A DNA stretch of 63,947 nt, counting the filler, from Licmophora abbreviata (taxonomy: Eukaryota): NCBI GenBank assembly GCA_900291995.1. It is 8 parts of 8 records of this genome, joined end to end, with 100 filler letters (N's around TTAATTAATTAA, not from the genome) between each part and the next. Parts side by side here need not be neighbours in the genome. Positions count along the whole stretch, not along the records: positions 1 to 13,408 come from OLMU01002549.1; 7 more parts are not named here. One strand, 5' to 3'. A program made the translations under genes and the position numbers. The notes under the pieces are model-generated. The model ran no database searches, was not told where the DNA came from, and saw nothing but the letters and a program-made list of their open reading frames with translations. Below, in pieces: positions 1-12,190 of the stretch; the stretch's first letter is position 1; every line of letters starts with the position of its first letter.

Positions 1-203
1 TCGCCGATTTGGACGCTAACGAATAGTTTGACTCATCCGACTGTGAAGATACTTCAATATGTGACGTCATGGGAGATAAACGAGACGCGACGCCAGACGC
101 CATGATGATGCTGAGGATGATGATGGCATCGGCAGCAATAATCCTCGTCACATTGGAGGCCCTACATTGCTCTGCTGCACTGAGCTAGAGACGATACAAG
201 AGC

Positions 204-894
204 ATGTCGACTCCTGTAGTAACTGAAAAATGGGCTGGGCAGTTCGACTGCAGCCGCTGTCGCCGAAAGCGATTGATGGCGGCAGAGTTCTCCAAAAAAG
301 TGCGTATATCATCTCCGTGACGACGCAATTTCAAGACATTGTTGCACCCTTCGTAGGCTGAAAACATTTCCAATCGTTCCATTATATTCATCATAGGCTC
401 TTGAGAAGCATCGTAAGACTGGAGGTTCCTTGACGTGCAAACAGTGTGTAGCTCAGGCCGAAGAGGCGGAACGCAAGGCTGCAGCCGAGCGACGAGCCGC
501 AGGCGCGTCCGGAGGCGATGGAAACAGCGAACCCTCTGAAAGTCGTGTGTGTATGGCGTGTCAGACATCTCTGGATTCGAGTGCGTTCAATCGCAACCAA
601 TGGGCAAAGGGCGAAGGCAAGTCGAGGTGTCGTGCATGTGTAGATCAAGCTCTGCATGACGAGGCTGCGCAGCAGAAACAGGCAAAGCAGGCTGCGATTG
701 ATAAGGCGAAACGAGATGTAGAACAAGCGAACGCCAAGGGGAATGCCCAGGAGATACTCAAGGCTGAGTCTGTGTTGTCATCACTCGAGGCAGAACAAGT
801 GACGGGACTCAAGCCGGTCAAGATGAGTGGTCGCGGTGGTCGAGGGCGCGGACGAAGCTTCTCTGGTCGCGGTCGAGGACGTTCGAGACGGTAG
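204..894 (+). CDS. Tandem Stc1-like C2-C2 zinc-finger protein with C-terminal RGG tail (exons 204-299, 397-894)
   Basis: ATG at 204 gives MSTPVVTEKWAGQFDCSRCRRKRLMAAEFSKK. A gtgcgt...catag intron splices in frame to ALEKHRKTGGSLTCKQC. A second repeat reads CMAC...SAFNRNQW...RCRAC, and the protein ends GRGGRGRGRSFSGRGRGRSRR. Confidence 0.75.
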
Positions 895-1042
895 TGAAAC
901 ATGCTGATAGCCAAGTAATCTAACGACATCAAGCATTACTCGAACGTCAAGTGTTTTATTCTGAGTCCGACTAGAGATGACAATACACGAGACTCAATAC
1001 GAGACGCAGACGGTCAATATGACACACCACCTTGACTCTCTT

Positions 1043-2811
1043 CTAATAATCTCCCTCCACTGAATCCGCATTGATCGTCATGTCCAATTTTTCTCCCGAA
1101 ACTCGCTCGTAAAGAGACAACAAGTCCTCGCAGTCGCTTTCAAAGTGCGACGTGGCATCAAACGACGAACTGATGAAGCACTTGTCCGTACGTCCATCGG
1201 CCATGGGTTCGTATGTCGTCGAAACGCTCGTGAAACGCTTCAGAATTGGGCCCAACAATTGGAGTCCCGGCGCGACATCTTCATCGGGCTGTCCTTTCTC
1301 CACCAGCGTCGAGACAATCGCCACGTAGATACCGGCCGCCGACACTTGCAGCTGATGTCCGGCGCAGCAGACAAAGACGTCGTTCACTCGTCCCACCTGC
1401 GGTCCGGGAATCACAATCTGGACACTCTCCGAGTCGTTCGTGCTCGGAATGGGATGATTCAAGAGGCAAATGCATCGGACAATGAGTCCAGTGGGACGAA
1501 CCTTTTCTTGCGGAAAGTATGAGGGATCACCAATCACCATGCTGGCCTTGGCCATACTGTTTCCCGCCTGAATGCCGTAAGCCTCACCGTTCTCGTTAAA
1601 GAGAATCTTGTCGACATCCTGATTGAGCATGAACGTACCACCATGAATGGCACAAATACGAGAAAAGCCTTCCGGCAATCCACCCAGTCCATAGACTGGG
1701 TAAATGTAGGGGCTGGTCCCGTACCGTGCGAGCGAGTAACAATACGTCTGCAAATTCAAGACGGTCGCCATGGCGGGTTGGTCCATATGCGCTTCATCCA
1801 GCTCCAGACACATGGAGTGACTGATGAACTGATGTGTCGCAGGGACGAGTCCAAAGTCCGTGTAGAGTTCTCGCATCGTCATGGTGGTTAGATCCCGTCC
1901 CTCATGGGTGTTTGCATCGGCCGCAACAAACTGATCGACGAAAATGAGAAACTTGCGGAAACGACGCTTCTCAAAGAGTCCCATCAGCGGGCTCCTAAGT
2001 GCCTCTTCGGGAGTCGCAGGGACTTTAAGGATTCGTCCGTCCTTGTAGACATAACTACCCGCAATCGACTTGAACTCCAAGTAACGAGTCACCTTGGTGT
2101 GCAGCAACATCTTGGTGAGATTACCACAGGCCATGATGAACTTGGGGATGAGATCGACGTTGTAATCGCGGTTCTCTCCCAGGTTAGTGGGCGGATCACC
2201 GGCCTGGAACTTTTCAAAGAGATGCGTCAAGTTGAGCGAGGCACCGTCTCCGCCATAGTAGCCGTTGCGGTCGACTTGCAAGACGCGCTTGCCCTTGACG
2301 CTCAGCAATCCCGAAATGACACACTCCTTGAGACCAGTGCCCATGACAATGGCATCGTACTCTCCATCAGCGAGGGGCTCCATCCCTTCTGGGAGCCAGT
2401 CAAAAGTCTATTGGAAATGATAGAAAGGTGATGCAGAATGTGGTGGTCGTGAGAGTCAGTCGAGCCTCGAGAAAAACAAGGAGATTGAATTCTGAGCCAA
2501 GCGTTGGACCAGAAGAGGACAAAGGCCTATTATGACAAGACGTCCAACGAAGACTTGTACAGACCAGATCGAAAGTTTGGTCATTCTCCCCATGTATTCC
2601 ATGATGCTGCATGTTGCCTCAGTTTGGAACTGGATGGACCACTATGTACACTTTCTACGCGGTTCTACGTAAAATACCAAAACTCAAACCACAGGTAGGA
2701 TCCGAGCAAAGACGAGGATTCGCAGTCTTTTCGTTGTCCTTTTCGCACGAAATATAAGAGCAGTTCTTCACTCACCGGCTTGGGAGGGCCTTGGGGTTCG
2801 TCTTCAGCCAT
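1043..2811 (-). CDS. GDI1: Rab GDP-dissociation inhibitor (exons 2811-2776, 2407-1043)
   Basis: Motifs EYDAIVMGTGLKEC, DRNGYYGG, RDYNVDLIPKF, YPVYGLGGLPEGFSRICAIHGG. A short first exon MAEDEPQGPPKP is joined by a 368-nt gtgagt...aatag intron to TFDWLPEGMEPL. Confidence 0.96.
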
Positions 2812-3296
2812 GGTGGTTAGTCGATCGGGTGATACAGAAGACTCGTGAGTACAACACACACACTCGCTTTGTGGAATGACACTGAATTTTCTTCCAAACG
2901 CAACGGAAAGTCCCGTGTGATTCCTACGAAATCTTGTGGGATTTTCGAAAGTTGGAGCTCGCAAGTCATTTTCCATAAATACCAAGCTGTCTCGAGTCAT
3001 CTTTATGTAGAACCCCGTAGAAACTGTACTATACTAGACGAGTCCAGCCTACGCCCTGCTGCAGCACAGCCGGCGGCAAAGGCAAAAAGGACGCGTTGCG
3101 AAGAGCACGACCGAACACAGATGACGGCGCCCGGAGTGTAACTGCGCAATGAAGAATAAACCTTTGGCAAGAGCCATCTCGAGAGGACGCCAGAGCAACT
3201 AGGTCGTATTCATAAAGGAGATCAGAAACTCTCTCTTGAAATTGGAAAGCAATCGATCGAGAAAACGTCCTCAAATTTCCATTTGACACTACCATC

Positions 3297-5791
3297 ATGG
3301 CTCAGGTTTCGCCAGCACGACCCAGCGACGAGCGTCGCAGGGCTTTGACGGATGCCGAAGGGGAAATGATGGGAGGAGAGAAGAGGGGTGTACCGCTAGT
3401 CAGTAACTTTTTCCCAGTCGAACGATACTGCGCCGCAGCGGATAAGGTACGTATTGCGTCTCGTGGTGAACTGAAACGACCGCACGGCTGTCTCGTGTCA
3501 AGAGTACATCTCGCTCATCCTTGTTGTGTTCTATAGGTCCTCGACTCGTTTCGACAAGCCTATAGCGATCGTCGACTGGACGATGCATACGTTTTGGGAA
3601 AACGTTTTGCCAGCTTTAGTTTAGACGCACTGCCGACGCACAATTACTATCGATCGCCCAAGCTGAGCAGCTGGCGCCAAAAGAACTCGGACGACATGAA
3701 TGCCGTCATCATTCAACTTGAGCAAGTCGCAAAGTGGATGGATGAGGAAGAGCTTGACCGTCAATCGAGATTCCAACAGCAGCAACAGGAAGAGAAGAGA
3801 CGCTATCAGGAACTGCAACAGCGGATTCAGCAACAGCGACAACGACAACAGCAGCGTGCGAATGTGAGCAGCAGTATTGAACAGTCCGCCATGAGCAAAT
3901 TGCAGCACTTGAAAGAACAGTATGGTGGTGAATCGTCACAACGTCGACGATCATCCTCAGAGAGTGTGGGCAGTGCGGACTCCGGCTCCGCCTTGCGGGG
4001 CGAATATCGGTCGTCCCCTCGTCGTTCTCAAGTACATGATATTACTGATGTCGGAGTGCGTTCCGATCGACGCTCGAGTCTGGATCGGGCAGGGTCGCGA
4101 CACAGCGTCGGCCGGGATGCGTCCAGGCGCAACTTGGATATTCCGCGGCGAGGAAATTTGACTGATGCTGCGAGTCGTGGCGGTGCAAGGAATGGGTCAC
4201 GTCGAAGTCTCGATGACAATGACAGCCATCGTTCGGGACGAAGCGGTCGCAGTAGGCGCAGTCGTACTGGAGAATCCGCCGACCGCAGCCGGGATGGCAC
4301 CGAGTCGTTGCAGTCCATCGAGGACCGTAGACGTGGTTTGTCGAGGGGTGACTCGCGTCGCTCGAGCATGTCAGGTGGAGATGATAGGAGAGATGCGTTG
4401 CAACGGTCCTCATCCCGGCGGCATACCATGGATAACTACAGTTCTTCTGACCAGTCGAATCTGGAAGCGGCTCTATCTAGCTTGAAGTCAACCAAATTAG
4501 GTGATGACTCGAGATATGACATGTCAAACCGAAGTACGACGAGCGAACGATCGCGACGACGTCGGGGTGAGACTTCTAGCGAAGAGCCATTGCCTCCACC
4601 CATGCCACCTCCGCGAATCAATGGGGGAGGGTCGGTCGCGCCACCGCCTCCCAGCTACAGCCAAGCTATGGGACAGGATAAGGTTTCACATGTAAATCGC
4701 TTATTCGAACGAACCAATGGGATGCAGAGGTCGATTGCCGCTCCCGCTGGAGGGGCCTACGTGGCAGGTCGACGAGGGCCCTCGGTGACGTATCCGCACC
4801 AGGGTGATACCTTGGAGTTGCGTTCAAACGGTAAGATATGACATTGCTTGGCTTGAGTATTGCACGAGCTTGTGGTGTCCAGAGCTCACTGTGTAATATT
4901 GTTTCCGTCACCATAGACCGCAAGTTTGAGAAGGAACGAGGTCTCGTTTCCTCCACTCCTGTCTATCCGGAACGACTGCCGATACGCAAACAGCGCAACA
5001 TGAGTATCAGCGAGTACGGACGACTTCGTGACGAGAAAAAGGTGAGCAATCGGATGGTGTATATGTGTGCCGTTGTGGTGTTTCCGAGCTTGCTCTTACC
5101 TGTGACTTCCTGCCATTCGAAGATTGTCGTATATCCACTGGACACCTATCAGGGGCGAGTGTCGCAGTCGACGAATGGCTGTACGGTTATCTCGCCACTG
5201 GTCGTCTCACATCATTTGAATAGCCCCGGTAGCGTTGCCGATGAAACAATTGTAAACGTGATCGACAGGCAATGCCCGCCTTTACTCCGGGAGATACGAA
5301 GCAAGCTTGAATTGGAAGGTGACGCTCTCATTATTCCGTCGGACGTGCACGATCACTTGGTGGACAAAAAGATCTTGAAACAGTCCAGCTTTGTTGGTGC
5401 CAGTGGAGGGAACATTCTTTATCGAGAGCACGTGAACGAATTTCTGAAGATGCTAGAAGCCGGAGAGAAAGGGTCCCACATACACCGACGTACGGGGGCG
5501 GCGCTTTTCTTCCACGAGCACGTGGTGAGCATTGTCAAAGTACCTGTAGCACGAGGAAAGTTCAAGTACGACTTGGTCGATTCCCTGCCTCGCGTGATTC
5601 CTGGGCAAGACAAGCCCAGCGCTACTCGGACACGATGCAACGACATTGCTACGTTCGAGGCACTGATTCGTTGGTACGCTTGTGACAAATTCTCCGAGTC
5701 CAACCTCAAGTACATTGATCACAACGAATGGGACGAGAATATGGCCGATTTCGATCCTCGGGTGTTTCAAGCATTTGTTTGGGCCGAATAG
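3297..5791 (+). CDS. USP8/AMSH-type MIT (USP8-dimerisation) domain + coiled coil + Ser/Arg-rich linker + putative papain-fold cysteine protease (exons 3297-3446, 3537-4830, 4917-5041, 5123-5791)
   Basis: Spliced N-terminus FFPVERYCAAADK/VLDSFRQAYSDRRLDDAYVLGKRFASFSLDALPTHNYY matches the AMSH/USP8 N-terminal pattern. Three GT-AG introns keep the frame. The C-terminal globular domain has QSTNGC...FFHEH...LVDS. Confidence 0.75.
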
Positions 5792-5847
5792 GCTTCTGGG
5801 TGCTATCAAGTACAGTTATCGGCGTGAGTAATGGACTAATAATGTAT

Positions 5848-8175
5848 CTATATCGCGAGAGCATACTTCTTGATTTCTGCCAAAATGACGGTAGTGCTGA
5901 CGAGATCCTTGCAAAATGCAGGCGGCTTGTTGCGCCAAACCTTGCGGATAATGTCTTGGAAGCGAGTGTAGTAGAGTAGCAACTGGGTCAACACTTGCTT
6001 GAGAATCTCCATGCCGTTTCGAAAGTTAGAAAAATAAGAGAGCACATTGCGGTTGGTTTGCTCAATCCCCGCTTTCCAGTTGGACGAGAATTCTCGCACC
6101 AGCATTTCCACAACTTGTGCGTTGACATCGGGAGCCGTGTTCCCGGACGATGCCATGTGCGACTCGGTCTGTTGGACAAAGGCGATCAATTTGGAAAAGC
6201 GTTCCAGCAGCTCTTCTTCGACAAAAAGCTCTCGTTGCGTCATCAGTAACTCGACAAAGCGATTGAATTCCTTCCCAGCCACCCGCCGTTCTTGAAAGAT
6301 GCAAACAATCTGGTCCAGATTATTGATCATGAAGACGACTCTTTTCTTGTTTGATGGGTGTTCGTCGGCCATTCTTCCCAGGAGCTGAACCGTCTCTTCC
6401 AACATGACGGAAATGTCTTGCAAAAGCATATCACCCGCACTAATTTTCTGCGTCGCGTTGAAAGACGAGGAGTCCGCCGACGTCAACGAGGAGGGCGCCG
6501 ATGGGAACGAGGCCACCGCCGACGAGACAGAAAGCGAGGCCTCCGATTTGTCGCTCTTAGAAGACTTGTTCCCTTTGTACAGAGTTAACAGAATCGAGCA
6601 TGTAAACTCTGCGTACCGGCGTGACACGTAGTGAGCATGCAAGTCCACACCCCCAAGTCTGGTGGCGTCCGCAGTCTTGATGCTTCGCAGATGGTGATCC
6701 ATAACCGTCTTGAGTCGGGGCCACAGGAGGTTTGTGACTTGGTCCAGGAATCCATCAAGCGATGAAATGTGACGGGCCTTTAGCATTCGTCGATCGGCAT
6801 GTGTAACTTTGATCATGAGCAAGAGGGCCAGCGCATCATGACAGCTAAACAGATAATTCTCCAATTGCTCCAGCACGAGGCTGAGCGTCCCATGGAATAG
6901 CGGTCCAAACGCATCGCGCTTGAAGAATTGTCGACAAAAGACGTGTTCGTTCGTTACGGCATCAATCAGGTGCATCATGACGGACCGAAAGAGCATTTCA
7001 TATGGATATCGCGTTCCTTCGTTGAGCGCCACATGTGCCAAGATGGGCCTCTGATTGTTGGCGCCATCTAAGACGTCATTAGCACGATTTCCCAGACTAA
7101 AGCTGTCGACTCGCTTCTTGGCCTTGGTCGTAAGGGCATCCCGCAACGATGCGTCGTCAATTGCAATTACGTCCTGGCGGGAGGCAGATGCCTTGGTCGC
7201 ATCAAGCTGGTGCAACTGCGCCTGGTACGTACGAAACAAAGAGAACAAAGTCTAAACGGGGCAAGATAACGATACAGTAGCATAGCATGAGTTTCAATGA
7301 GGTGGCAAAAGTGTGACACACAACATCGGATTGAGCTGCCGTACCTTGCTCATGCTGTCCACATAGACATTGTAGACCTCCGTCGATATCTCGGGAGACG
7401 CATCCGTGACAAAATCCATCAGGGAATCGTACTTGAGCAATCCATGGACTTGAATTATTCGCACATTCGTTTGCGGTCGTCGCAACAGAGCCATTTGCGA
7501 CAAAAAGTAGTCTCGTACACGACTCACAGCCACCAGACGAAGCTTGTAGACATGATCCTGCATTTCGCTACCCGACACTGTTTGAGACGGAGGAGTGCCA
7601 CAGGCCCACTCCTCAGGGGTACTATCGTGAACATCTCGGTAAATGCGACTTAGTTCTTCCACGGACAGCAGGAAAGTCGCATTCACGGGCCCTCGGCAAA
7701 TGGCGTGGGCCAGATTAGGGGCAATGACAATGTGTTCGAGAAATGACCTCAGCCCTTCTTCGGCGTTTCGACGATTGCGGAGCTGGATCCCCAGAGTCTT
7801 GGACTTGTCCTGCAGATTCCGTATATCCACTGACAGGCCTCCCAGGTCCGCTTGGAAGCCCAAAAGCATTTCTTGAAGTGCACTCAAGACCGCGTCGCAA
7901 GACTCCAGTTCCGTTCGGAGCGACGAGATCTCCTTCGCCTTGTTGCGATACACATCAATGCACTGCGACTCCAGTTCGTGTAATTCTTGTTCCACCGTCG
8001 ACGAGTACGAGGCCAGATCCAAAGATCCGTCCGCCAACGCCGCCTTGAGCGATGGGTTCGAGAGGAACTGGGCGAGGTCTGTCGACAGCCGCTCTTCCTC
8101 AAGTCGATGCTCTTCCTCTTCTTCCGCTCTGCTAACCGATTCAATCGAATCCACCAGCTCTACTGCGTTTGCCAT
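5848..8175 (-). CDS. VPS52: GARP/EARP complex subunit Vps52 (intron 7252-7344)
   Basis: Motifs DLASYSSTVEQEL, CDAVLSALQEMLLGFQADLGGLS, YPYEMLFRS, LLWPRLK, FSNFRNGMEILKQVLTQLLLYYTRF. Confidence 0.93.
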
Positions 8176-8580
8176 AGTGCTCGGCTTTATCGTGTTAACG
8201 CTAGGATCAGCAGCAGCGGTGTGGCTTTTGGTTCAGAGTGCAGATTGAAGATGATGAACGAGCCGCCGCGGTCATCATTTTGATGATTGTGTGTTTTGCG
8301 CTGCCAAAACTCTGATGTTTTTTGTTGTTGGTTCGAAACGGACGTCTCACCCACACCGTCCAACGCATTGCCAAACGTACACATTCGCAGCGTCTATATC
8401 CCTCGACCCGAAGCGAAACGAGACTGTTATCGTGGTCCAAGTACGATGTTCATCATATCGACTCATCACAGTAGTTTAGGCTAGGTCCATAGAAGGCCGC
8501 CTCTTACACCTAGCTACTTCATAGCGACTAATAGCTCTAGTTCAGCTAATGAGCGACACACAAAAAGTCCTCCGGCCGCC

Positions 8581-9777
8581 TTACTCCTCCTTTCGCAAAC
8601 TTCGTCTCGCTGGCTCCTGTTGATATCCAATCAGTCCCTCGGTATTCCAATCCAAGTTCTTATTGACAAACTGAGCAAACTCCCGCGTCAGTGGTCGCTT
8701 CTTTCGGTCCTGTGACGGGAAAGGATCACAGTGATACGGGACTCCCGTCCATTCGGATATATTATCCAGCAGCTCCTTGGTTCCCACCTTGAGCAGGTAC
8801 TCGTACTGCGTCACCCATACATCGGCCACGCCCGGAAAGTCCTTGACAGAGAGAAAGTTGCGAATCTTGGCCGACCGCATCTCCATAATGTTATTAAACG
8901 GCTTGCCGCTTCCATCTTGTCGGAGTTCGTAAAAGGGCTGATTCTCCGAAAAGTGCAACGAATGCGTGTACTCTTCCTTCGGCACCGGTTCGAGATCGCA
9001 CGAATTGGCTTCCGTGTACTTGAAATCCCATTGACACAGTTCTTTGCCCTCCAGCTTTGCCTTGGAAGGATTCAAGTCCGTCCCTATTCGCTTCGTATTC
9101 CACTCTTTGGTAAGGAACTCGTCCCATTCCAAAAACATGTGGGCGGGAGAGTGGTGAGGAACGTGGCGCATGGCCTCGAGCCAATCGTAGGGATTGCGGA
9201 ACTGTGCGACCACCAACGTGTCGTGAGGGTACTTGGTGGCGTTGCGATGCTGGAACCAATGCTTGTAGCGAGTCAAGTCCCGTTTGATCTGAGTCATAGT
9301 GTGGTAGGTAGGATGCGAACAGTCAACAGTGTGAGCAAGAGAGGAGAGACAGCCGCGATTCTACGTCAGTAAATGGTTCGATGCACCATGAGCTATACTC
9401 ACCTTGAGATCCGAATCTTTGAAACAATCCGTCAAGTGACTATCGTCGGGAAACAAAGTAGCAAACGCAGTGAGCAGCGAGTCGCATACAAGTGCAGCGC
9501 ACGCCATATTTCATCGGCGTACTTACGAATACGTCCATCGCGTTCCAGAGTTTCGTTCTCCCAGAATCGAAACTTGCTTGATTGCCTGCGCCTTGTGAGT
9601 ATTGCCCAAGGAACCAGCGCCACTGCCTGCCGCTGTGGACTTGGTGCCGTCGTCCACGATTTGCGAACCCCCGCCGCCGCTCAACAAGAAAATGGAAAGG
9701 AACGCCAGGGCCGCCACGACGTAGGCCGCCGTTTTGAGATTCGGCGACGAGTGATGAGTCTTCGAATGATCCGCCAT
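8581..9777 (-). CDS. Type II membrane (Golgi-type) sulfotransferase-like protein (exons ~9777-9527, 9439-9403, 9288-8581)
   Basis: N-terminal TM helix (AAYVVAALAFLSIFLL), 5'-PSB-like ILGERNSGTRW, 3'-PB-like FRNPYDWLEAM, and QYEYL. Canonical GT-AG introns. Confidence 0.75.
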
Positions 9778-10250
9778 GGTGCAGTTTGTAGTATGGAGAG
9801 ACGCAATAGTGTAGTAGCACGCAGTGGCGGAGACCTTCCGTGACAATGAGAGAGACTTCTCTCACCCTCGGCGCCGCCCACGGCGTTGCTTTTTGTGGGA
9901 CCGTTGCGTCGTTTATTCAAAACACGACGCACATCGCGCGAGTCTGTCGATGCAAACATTGCTTTTAGTACACTCACTTATGCCAAAATACTTCAAAATG
10001 AGAGCGCGCCCAGCCAGCTGAGCCGTTGAGAGACTGACGACGGGCAGAATTATCACGTTCGCGCGAAACAGCGCGAACACGAGAACCGTCACGCGCGACG
10101 GGAAGACGTCCGATGAGAAAACGCGGCGCGCAAAAAGAAAAAGGCTTCACAAAAATGCCACGACGACGGCAAATCTTACTCGGAGTACAGGAATCTTCTG
10201 TGTAACGAGGTCATTCATCGGCGGTGCAGCGTTCTTCAAAGACATATACC

Positions 10251-10931
10251 ATGTCGCATGTTGCGGAAACATGGTGGTGGGACTCGGTCAATTCAGATGA
10301 GAGTTATCTGCCTTTCTTGCTCCCAATGATGCTCTGGTCGACCAGTTTTCTGTATTGTCAGTTTCGGCCATCGGCTCCTGCCTTTCATCGGTTTTACATC
10401 ATTCACAACATTCATAACGTCGGACTGATGACTCTCGGTACGATGTCGCTCTACTACGACGATGATGATGTCTTCAATGAAAGAATTCCGATACTCTTTA
10501 CTCTGAGCTACTTTGTAGTGGACTTGCTGGACTGTATGATTCGACGGGACTACACCTACGCCTATCATGCCATGCTGTGTATAGTCTTTGTCTTTTTCGC
10601 CATGACGGATCCTATTGTTCGATTCACACGAGCGGCATCACGAACTGCCTATTTGGAAGTCTCCAATCCGTTCATGCATTTGGCCAAAAAGACAAAGAGT
10701 CATTTCCATTCGGTCATGTTTTTCGTGGTCTTTACGTGCTGTCGGGTTGTGTACATTCCATTTATCATTCGAAGGTTACTGAAGAATGGAATGGCGTCGA
10801 CTCATATAGTAGTTTTGTTGTATTGTGGTTTGTATGCACTGCAATTGTGGTGGTGGTATAAGATGTGGCGTCTTGTCATTCGAACCTTTGCAGGCAAGGA
10901 CACGGGGAAGGAACGCGACAAGACGAAGTAG
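10251..10931 (+). CDS. TLC (TRAM/LAG1/CLN8) domain membrane protein, paralog A
   Basis: Multiple TM helices with SYFVVDLLD, YHA, LEVSNPFMH, FFVVFTCCRVVYIP, LQLWWWYKM. Confidence 0.85.
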   Translation: MSHVAETWWWDSVNSDESYLPFLLPMMLWSTSFLYCQFRPSAPAFHRFYIIHNIHNVGLMTLGTMSLYYDDDDVFNERIPILFTLSYFVVDLLDCMIRRDYTYAYHAMLCIVFVFFAMTDPIVRFTRAASRTAYLEVSNPFMHLAKKTKSHFHSVMFFVVFTCCRVVYIPFIIRRLLKNGMASTHIVVLLYCGLYALQLWWWYKMWRLVIRTFAGKDTGKERDKTK

Positions 10932-11004
10932 AGAGGGAAATTTTGCACCATGTAAATAAAGATTAGATAGGATAACCACCAATTATCCAAGATGAGATAA
11001 TCTT

Positions 11005-11897
11005 TCAATCGTTCAGATTGGATAAAAAATCCAGCAAGCCTGATTTCGATGCCTTCTTCTTTGGTTTCTTTTTTGGGTTGACACCGAGCCTTTCATTCGG
11101 TTGAATCGTTTTCTTGTCTCGAGATGCTCGCTTGACAGACACAAAGTCGTCCATCGTACAGACTTCATCATTCTTTGGAGATTTTCCAGGCATGCTCTGA
11201 TTTCCGCTGACAGAACGGATGGGCTTCCGAGCAGCGGCATTTTGACCTTTCCTGGGAGGCAGGGCCTTGTACTTGCGTGTCGTTCCGCAGAATCCGCAAG
11301 TAATCGATATGGCATTCTTTGCCCTTCCGTCGCTAACACAGGAGCGTCGCGCCATCTCAGCATTGCGTTCCTGTCGCAGCGTCGACGAATCCCCAGTGCG
11401 ACGGCCGCCCACGCTTGCCTGGCGTTTCGAAACACACTCGGCAGCCTGTGAATATCATTGTCATGGAAATATTCTATCAGTACGAAGGCCGCTCTATGAA
11501 TCAAGCTATCCATCCTACATGTACGTTGCACACGCACCTTTCGTCGCGAGGCTCGTCTCCTCCGAGTTCTTCCACGTCCAAGCGATCGCACACGCAGTGT
11601 TGTGCCATTTCGACCGGGCTCTAACCAGACACCACATATTACACAATGAAGCTCCTCTGCCGGTACTCTAAGATCCAACGAGGACTTTTTGCTCAAACTA
11701 TCAGGCGTATCTTGTTGACTGCGCAGTCGTATATCCTGCTCCTGTTCTTGCTGATGATTCAGTTCACGCTGACCAAGGCTCTGTTCCAAACGGCTGAGTA
11801 GAACGCTATCTTCGCCTGAGAAGGATTCTCTGGAGGATGACAGAAATTCACATGCCTCGCGACGATACTTTAGTGCCAGTAAGGAAGGATCGGTCAT
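11005..11897 (-). CDS. Rpr2/Rpp21/Snm1-like zinc-ribbon protein (RNase P/MRP subunit candidate), one intron ~11447-11538
   Basis: CVICGVWLEPG...LRVR in exon 1 and AISITCGFCG in exon 2, joined by a gtgcgt...cacag intron. Lys-rich tail ending LLDFLSNLND. Confidence 0.6.
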
Positions 11898-12190
11898 GGC
11901 AATATATTATGATTGGGAATGCCATGCTTTCTTTTGAGAATTCGATCAGTGGCGTGATTCCCATGGTCGCGATGTGGTTTGCGGTCTGATCCAGCACGGC
12001 GGAATGACAGACGATCGCGCGCTTTTTTGGACACGATCCACGACTCGACTCACTCCACTCCGCTCGGGACTGGTTGCAAAAAAGAACAATGCAATCACAA
12101 AACCACGATGCTCCATGGCGACGACGGCGACGCGTATATTGAACCGTCGTCCTACCCTCACATGGAACCGCCATACTTTGGAAGAGAATC

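Noticed and set aside
69..188. 39-codon Met-rich ORF just upstream of the zinc-finger gene
   Set aside because: It is short with no recognisable motif and cannot be distinguished from a chance uORF.
2408..2775. Unusually long first intron (368 nt; also 39015-39369) possibly hosting a ncRNA
   Set aside because: No sense-strand C/D or H/ACA box arrangement or strong hairpin is visible by eye.
2665..3000. Separate 111-aa ORF upstream of Rab GDI
   Set aside because: Only MAEDEPQGPPKP is coding (GDI exon 1). The rest is intron or upstream sequence.
8251..8315. ATGATGA...TGATGA...CTGA resembling a C/D box snoRNA
   Set aside because: There is no terminal stem or recognisable rRNA-antisense guide, and it lies antisense in the VPS52 leader/promoter.
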